This document shows, piece after piece, positions 59,257-64,000 of a stretch of DNA of 64,000 nt. Made by a program: the position numbers and the translations under genes. The notes under the pieces are model-generated. The model was not told the origin of the DNA. It did not search any database and was given only the letters and a program-made list of their open reading frames with translations. This DNA is from Candidatus Eremiobacteria bacterium (GTDB taxonomy: Bacteria > Vulcanimicrobiota > Vulcanimicrobiia > Vulcanimicrobiales > Vulcanimicrobiaceae), in contig CAVTRC010000001.1 of assembly GCA_963737065.1 (NCBI GenBank), positions 1,312,001 to 1,376,000 of the forward strand, read 5' to 3'. How positions within the stretch are numbered: position 1 is the stretch's first letter; every line of letters begins with the position of its first letter.

Positions 59257-59692
59257 ATTCCAGCGCGAGCGCGTTGCTCAAGCGGCTGACGTAATTGTTC
59301 GCACCGATGACGGCAAGGATTTCAATCAATTCGCCATCGCTATAGTGTTCGCGCAGTTGTGCGAGTACCGTGGGCGGCAATGCGCGCGGTTCGCGCGTAA
59401 GCGATACGGTGGCGGACAGCGCAGCACGCTCGGCGTCCGAAAACCGCTCGCTGTGCGCAAAGTCGCCTAACGCCGCGAGCGTCTCCGTTTCGATTCCGAG
59501 CTTGAGGGCGATCTCTTCGTGCACGCAGGTGCAGTAGTCGCACGCGTTGAGCCAGCCAACCATCAACGCGATCAGCTGCTTCGTACGAGCCGGCACGGTA
59601 CCGTCGTCATCGATCGCGCGTAGATGCGCCGCAAGCGTCCGCGCGAGTTGCGGACGCGACGCAATCGCGGAGAACAGCCCGTCGTCCGGCAT
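59240..59692 (-). CDS. Carboxymuconolactone decarboxylase / AhpD-like protein
   Basis: NACDYCTCVH CxxC motif and FSDAERAAL; start at ATG 59692. Confidence 0.85.
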   Translation of the reverse strand: MPDDGLFSAIASRPQLARTLAAHLRAIDDDGTVPARTKQLIALMVGWLNACDYCTCVHEEIALKLGIETETLAALGDFAHSERFSDAERAALSATVSLTREPRALPPTVLAQLREHYSDGELIEILAVIGANNYVSRLSNALALESTPAR

Positions 59693-59705
59693 TACCGAGG
59701 GGCCC

Positions 59706-61163
59706 TTATGCCGACTCTTGCGCCAGTTGACGAAATTCCGCGTCGTCGCGAAGGCTGTCAAAACGCGCGTCGTGGATGATCGCCATCCACGTTCCGTGCG
59801 CGTGCATGCGACGCAGCAGCGCAAAGGCAACGCTTCGGTCGCCGACTGCGGCGGCCGCAATGGCGAGATCGGCCGGATCGACGTCGCGGGCGTGCGCGCG
59901 CGCATATGCAAGCTCCGTGCGGGCTTCGGAGTACCGGTGCGCGATCGCGTACGCGTGCGCGAGTAAGGCAGAGCCTTCCGCGTGACAGTAGCTGCTCGAC
60001 GCTGCGTATTGCTTGAACGCCTCGATCGCGCGCGTGAGGTTTCCTTCGGCTTCGTACGCTTCGCCGATCGTCGTCAGCGCATCAGTCCGCTGCGGCGAGA
60101 GTTCGAGTGCCTGCTGTGAGTACGTGATCGCGTCGTGATAGCGGCGATCGTAGTACGCTGTCGATCCGAGCCATGCCGTCGTTGCAACGCTCAGCGGATC
60201 GAGATCAGCCGCCCGCTTCAACTGTGCAAATCCTTCGCGCAATTTTCCTCCACCCACGAGCGCAACGCCGTACCACTCGCGCGCGGGTCCGTATCCGGGG
60301 TCGAGCGCAATCGCGCGCTGCAGTTCGGCCATCGCGTCCGGCATATGTTTCTCGTTAAGCGCAATCAGTCCGAGTGCGGCGTGCGCTTCGGCCGAATTCG
60401 GATCGAGCGACAACGCCTTGTCCGCATATCCGCGCGCACGCGCGAAATAGACGCCTGGCGTTTGCGAGCCGTAGCGGTAATCGCCCATCGTCGCGTTCGC
60501 GTCGGCGAGCGCCGCGTATCCTTGCGCGCTCCTCGGATCGCTGTCCACGACCTGCGCGAAATACGTGAGGCTCTTCTCGACGCCGTCGCGCGTGCGCAGA
60601 TTCCAATAATAGCGGCCGATCTGATAGAGACGCGCGCCGTTGTCCGACAGCGCTTCAACGGTGGTTCCCCGGTGCGCAACGACACCGGCCAGCAACACAA
60701 ACGATGCGGCAATCACGGCGAGTCCTGACGCGGCTGCCGCGATCCAACGTGCCTTCGCGACGCGCGGCTCTCGCTGCTTCACGGCGGTCGCCGGAATGGA
60801 GAGGGCCGGAATCTCATCCGGAATCATCGGCGCTTCCGCGAGCGCTGCACGCGCAGCGCGCCGGACGGGCGCGGTAAACCGGTAGCCGCGCCGCGGCACC
60901 GTTTCTATTGCATCGGTGCCCCAGCGCGCGCGAAGCATCTTGCGCAGGACGTAGATGTTCTGCGCGAGATTTGCTTCTTCGACGAATCCTTCGGGCCAGA
61001 TACGGTCGAGCAACATTGCCTTGGCAAGAACTTCGCCGGGATGCTCGACGAGCGCGAGCAGCGTTTCGACGACTTTCGGACCGAGTGCAACCGGCTCACC
61101 CTCGTGCACGAGCAATAATCGCTCCACGTCGAGGTGGAAAGGACCAAATTCATAGACGTCCAT
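59706..61163 (-). CDS. ToxR/CadC-like regulator: winged helix, TM segment, TPR repeats
   Basis: YEFGPF...VEEANLAQNIYVLRK...ETVPRRGYRF; one TM segment; repeated A..LDP TPR units. Confidence 0.88.
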   Translation of the reverse strand: MDVYEFGPFHLDVERLLLVHEGEPVALGPKVVETLLALVEHPGEVLAKAMLLDRIWPEGFVEEANLAQNIYVLRKMLRARWGTDAIETVPRRGYRFTAPVRRAARAALAEAPMIPDEIPALSIPATAVKQREPRVAKARWIAAAASGLAVIAASFVLLAGVVAHRGTTVEALSDNGARLYQIGRYYWNLRTRDGVEKSLTYFAQVVDSDPRSAQGYAALADANATMGDYRYGSQTPGVYFARARGYADKALSLDPNSAEAHAALGLIALNEKHMPDAMAELQRAIALDPGYGPAREWYGVALVGGGKLREGFAQLKRAADLDPLSVATTAWLGSTAYYDRRYHDAITYSQQALELSPQRTDALTTIGEAYEAEGNLTRAIEAFKQYAASSSYCHAEGSALLAHAYAIAHRYSEARTELAYARAHARDVDPADLAIAAAAVGDRSVAFALLRRMHAHGTWMAIIHDARFDSLRDDAEFRQLAQESA

Positions 61164-61237
61164 AACCGTACTGCCTTCGAAGAATAATTGATTCCGTTTT
61201 GAGGACGGTCGATATCCCTACTCGCATGCTTATAGCG

Positions 61238-63430
61238 ATGACATCCCGCCTCACGTTCTTATCTACGATTGTACTGCTTGCGGGTTTCGCCATGGCGGCT
61301 TCTCCCGCGGCGGCTGCCGTGTCCGACTCATTTTCGTTCCCGGTGGCCAAGGCTCCCCATGCGATGCCGCTCGATCCGTCGTTGTCGGACCCGGCGTGGC
61401 AAGCAGGCAAAGTACCGGGCGCCGGCGGCTGGGAAAATGTGACGACGCGCAGTTCGGCGCCATCAGCGACCGTCTACATGCTTTACGACGATACGTACGT
61501 CTACGTCGGTTTCGTCGTCCCACAAGACGGTGTCCCGATCACTGCAACGCAGACCACCGATTACGTCGGCTTTGGAACAGACGACTTCGTCGGCGTTGGA
61601 CTCGACCCGAGCGGCGCCGGCTCGCAGGCCTACTTCTTCGAGACGACGCCGCGCGGCGTACGTTACCAGCAAGCGCTCGAGAACGTGCGGTATCGCCCGG
61701 AATGGGACGCGGCGGCGAAGATCGAGAAGGGCGGATGGCGCGCGGTGATGCGAATCCCGCTGCGCGACATGCGAGTGCGTTCCGGACCCTCGCAGACCTG
61801 GCGTATCGGCTTCTTTCGTCAGATTGCCGCACGCGGCGAGCACCTTACATGGGCGTTCGACCCGCTGATGCAAGACTCGGGTTCGGGCAACTGGCCGACC
61901 TTCAACGACCTCCGCTACTGGCCCGCGGCTACGTCCATTGCACTTTCCGGCAAGGCCATACGCCCGAGGCCGCGGCTCGAACTCTTTGCGCTCTCGAGCA
62001 CGGGCGGAGATCGCGACGTGTACCAGCAAGGCAACGGAGAGTTCTTGTCAGAGCAGACGCGTCCGCTTGGGATGGATTTCAGCTATCCCGTGACGCCGAC
62101 CGCGAATCTCGTCGGTACGCTGGCGCCGGATTTTTCGAACGTCGAAACCGACCAGCAGACGATCGCGCCGCAAGAGTTTCCACGCCAGCTCGTCGAGTAC
62201 CGGCCGTTCTTCGCTCAGGGCGCGCAGTATCTCAATCCGAATCCCAACGGGGTTTCGAACTTTAATTCGCCGTCGAACGAACTGTTTTACACGCCGAGCG
62301 TCGGTCCGTTCGATCGTGGGCTGAAGTTCGAAGGCACACAAGGGCTGCAGAGTTTCGGGCTACTGACGTTTCGTGGATACAACGAATCCACGAACGACAC
62401 GTTCGACGATCAAGCTTTTGGATACAAGCACGCGCTGCAGGATCAAACGTTCCAATACTGGACGGACGGCGTGCTCGCACATCACAGCATGTCGGGTAAT
62501 GACTCCACGATCGAATACGGCGCGAAAGGACGCGATCTTCACACGGGCTTCGTCTGGATGGTCGATCACGCCGACGAGAGCGGCTCGTGGGTTCCCGGCG
62601 GCAGCGCGCACAGCACGAACGGCTACTTCGACGTTCATCAACACAATTATGAGGTGAATCTGGGTTACGTCGACATCACGCCGTATTACAATCCGATCGA
62701 CGGGTACACGACGAACTCCGACATTCGCGGGCCACAGATGTTCGTCAGCTTCCTTGGTGCAACGCCGTACGTCAAAAACTGGAGCATTTTCGTTTACGGC
62801 GATCGCTTCAAGGATCAGAGCGGCGCCGTTCACGAGTCGGATGCCGGCGCGTTCCTGCAAGCGGTGTTCAAAAACGGCCTTTCGATCAACGGCTTGGGGC
62901 CGACCGTGAGTATCCTGCGCTCCTATAACGGAAATGCATTTACCGGCTACCCGCTCTATCAGAACGGCATCGACACCCCGTACAATCTTTTCGGCGTGCC
63001 GATCGGCTACCGGGACGGTACGCCGACGCCGGTCGACGTCAGCGCAAATTGGGGAAGCTTCGGCGGTTACTGGGAGCACCTGTATACGTCGTCCACGTCG
63101 CGTCCGCTCGGTTCGCGGTTTACGTTGGGCCTTGAATACGACGGGACGTACCAGCGCAGCCTTACGACGGGCGACGTCAACTCGCAGTTCCTGCGGCGCG
63201 TGTCGATCGGATATAACATTTCGCCGCTCAGCAATTTCACGGTAGGTTTGCGTAGCATTAACGGCACGGGCGGTTTTGCTATACCCGGACTCAACCTCGC
63301 CGCCGCATATCACCTGCAGATGCGCTCAGGGGATCTTTATATCAACTACGGTTCGCCGTCGGCTATCGCAACGTTAAATCGCTTAATCGTAAAGTACGTG
63401 TTCCGCGCAGGCGGCGATGCGGGGACGTAG
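61238..63430 (+). CDS. Secreted/outer-membrane CBM9-like plus DUF5916-like protein
   Basis: Signal peptide; LYDDTYVYVGF and MRIPL (CBM9-like); PDFSNVETD and EYRPFF (DUF5916-like); aromatic beta-strand-rich C-terminus ending LIVKYVF. Confidence 0.7.
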   Translation: MTSRLTFLSTIVLLAGFAMAASPAAAAVSDSFSFPVAKAPHAMPLDPSLSDPAWQAGKVPGAGGWENVTTRSSAPSATVYMLYDDTYVYVGFVVPQDGVPITATQTTDYVGFGTDDFVGVGLDPSGAGSQAYFFETTPRGVRYQQALENVRYRPEWDAAAKIEKGGWRAVMRIPLRDMRVRSGPSQTWRIGFFRQIAARGEHLTWAFDPLMQDSGSGNWPTFNDLRYWPAATSIALSGKAIRPRPRLELFALSSTGGDRDVYQQGNGEFLSEQTRPLGMDFSYPVTPTANLVGTLAPDFSNVETDQQTIAPQEFPRQLVEYRPFFAQGAQYLNPNPNGVSNFNSPSNELFYTPSVGPFDRGLKFEGTQGLQSFGLLTFRGYNESTNDTFDDQAFGYKHALQDQTFQYWTDGVLAHHSMSGNDSTIEYGAKGRDLHTGFVWMVDHADESGSWVPGGSAHSTNGYFDVHQHNYEVNLGYVDITPYYNPIDGYTTNSDIRGPQMFVSFLGATPYVKNWSIFVYGDRFKDQSGAVHESDAGAFLQAVFKNGLSINGLGPTVSILRSYNGNAFTGYPLYQNGIDTPYNLFGVPIGYRDGTPTPVDVSANWGSFGGYWEHLYTSSTSRPLGSRFTLGLEYDGTYQRSLTTGDVNSQFLRRVSIGYNISPLSNFTVGLRSINGTGGFAIPGLNLAAAYHLQMRSGDLYINYGSPSAIATLNRLIVKYVFRAGGDAGT

Positions 63431-63571
63431 TCACAGAGGTTCCTTTATAACAGTTGTCTTCACGAACGCGCAAAAGTCGTGTGAAACAAAAATCATATGT
63501 GGGCAGTAATTCGCGGTGTAAAGTGACACACGGACAACGCAATGCCCGTTGTTCACACGGAAGGAACAGTC

Positions 63572-63733
63572 GTGAATACGCCTATGGAAAAGCCCAATGA
63601 TGTCGCTCAGGAGGACGAACAGCCGGTGAATTCGTTCACGCGCGTGATCGCAGTCGCACCGAGCAGTGCATCCTTCAGCGGTTGGGGACCCAAAGTGATC
63701 GGATTGACGTCCTCGCTGACACGCTGGAATTAA
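63572..63733 (+). CDS. Small FxGWGPK peptide, copy 2 (53 aa)
   Basis: GTG 63572 with SD GAAGGA; MNTPMEKPNDVAQEDEQPVNSFTRVIAVAPSSASFSGWGPKVIGLTSSLTRWN. Confidence 0.55.
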   Translation: MNTPMEKPNDVAQEDEQPVNSFTRVIAVAPSSASFSGWGPKVIGLTSSLTRWN

Positions 63734-63839
63734 AGACCAATTAAAGTTTCATCCACGTGCACGGTTGCGCGTGAGATGGACGGGGGTGAAGTTGTCCTCC
63801 ACCAACGGCACCCCCGAGGAACCTCGTAGAGTGCAGCAA

Positions 63840-63875
63840 GTAAAAATGGACGGCAAGGCGGCCGTCCATTTTTAC
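63840..63875. terminator. Bidirectional intrinsic terminator
   Basis: GTAAAAATGGACGGC-aaggcg-GCCGTCCATTTTTAC, a perfect 15-bp inverted repeat. Confidence 0.85.
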
Positions 63876-63892
63876 GTCTAACGCGCTTCGCG

Positions 63893-64000
63893 TTATGCGG
63901 TGTACGGTTCGTCGGGTGCGACCGGTTCTAAAATGCGGTCCATCTCGACAAAGATCGCAGGATCGAGATGCAAGTCGCCCGCTGCGACATTGTCCCGCAC
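63893..64000 (-). CDS. C-terminal end of a gene running off the window, probably an aldo/keto reductase
   Basis: VRDNVAAGDLHLDPAIFVEMDRILEPVAPDEPYTA* resembles the AKR C-terminal N..A..L.L motif. Confidence 0.55.
   Translation of the reverse strand: MRDNVAAGDLHLDPAIFVEMDRILEPVAPDEPYTA

Noticed and set aside
447..63313. Many long antisense or alternative-frame ORFs (e.g. 10089..11279, 17407..18576, 42975..44129)
   Set aside because: Shadow ORFs typical of high-GC coding DNA, overlapping well-supported genes and lacking recognisable motifs.
63437..63450. The 14-mer AGGTTCCTTTATAA also occurs at 8414-8427
   Set aside because: The downstream GCGGTATAGCG box is absent and the orientation is antisense to a gene end; it may be chance.

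Overview
GC-rich bacterial chromosomal window (about 60% GC by eye) with roughly 65 genes, mostly housekeeping and metabolic. The family mix is suggestive of Candidatus Eremiobacterota/Vulcanimicrobiia, which is an inference only. In order it carries: a BMP-family nucleoside ABC importer; a class A serine hydrolase; two tandem ~1030-aa VPS10/BNR beta-propeller paralogs; ilvE; a YncE-phosphoesterase operon; an oxalate/formate antiporter with a selenocysteine-containing formate dehydrogenase operon (in-frame UGA at 18055-18057 plus a SECIS hairpin); PolX; NAPRTase; a dehydratase/ArsR/RidA/PhzF cluster; rpsO; split transketolase; ggt; two-component genes; pnp with a long structured leader; UbiD/UbiA menaquinone genes; a YtrA-type GntR-ABC operon; a pseudo-M48-RDD fusion; a ToxR-like wHTH-TM-TPR regulator; and a CBM9/DUF5916-like protein. 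I saw no rRNA, tRNA, CRISPR array, integrase or transposase. The best candidate for an undescribed system is at 56.7-63.9 kb. Two small ORFs about 7 kb apart share an A(R/Q)ED...RV...F-x-G-W-G-P-K motif and lie among an ABC exporter, a catalytically dead peptidase, a TPR membrane sensor and a probable outer-membrane protein, which suggests a peptide signalling or handling module. Other notable items are a relay of three translationally coupled mini-ORFs around a REP-like element between the FDH alpha and beta genes, and a ~210-bp element with 51-bp inverted repeats. All calls come from motif recognition by eye; no searches were run.
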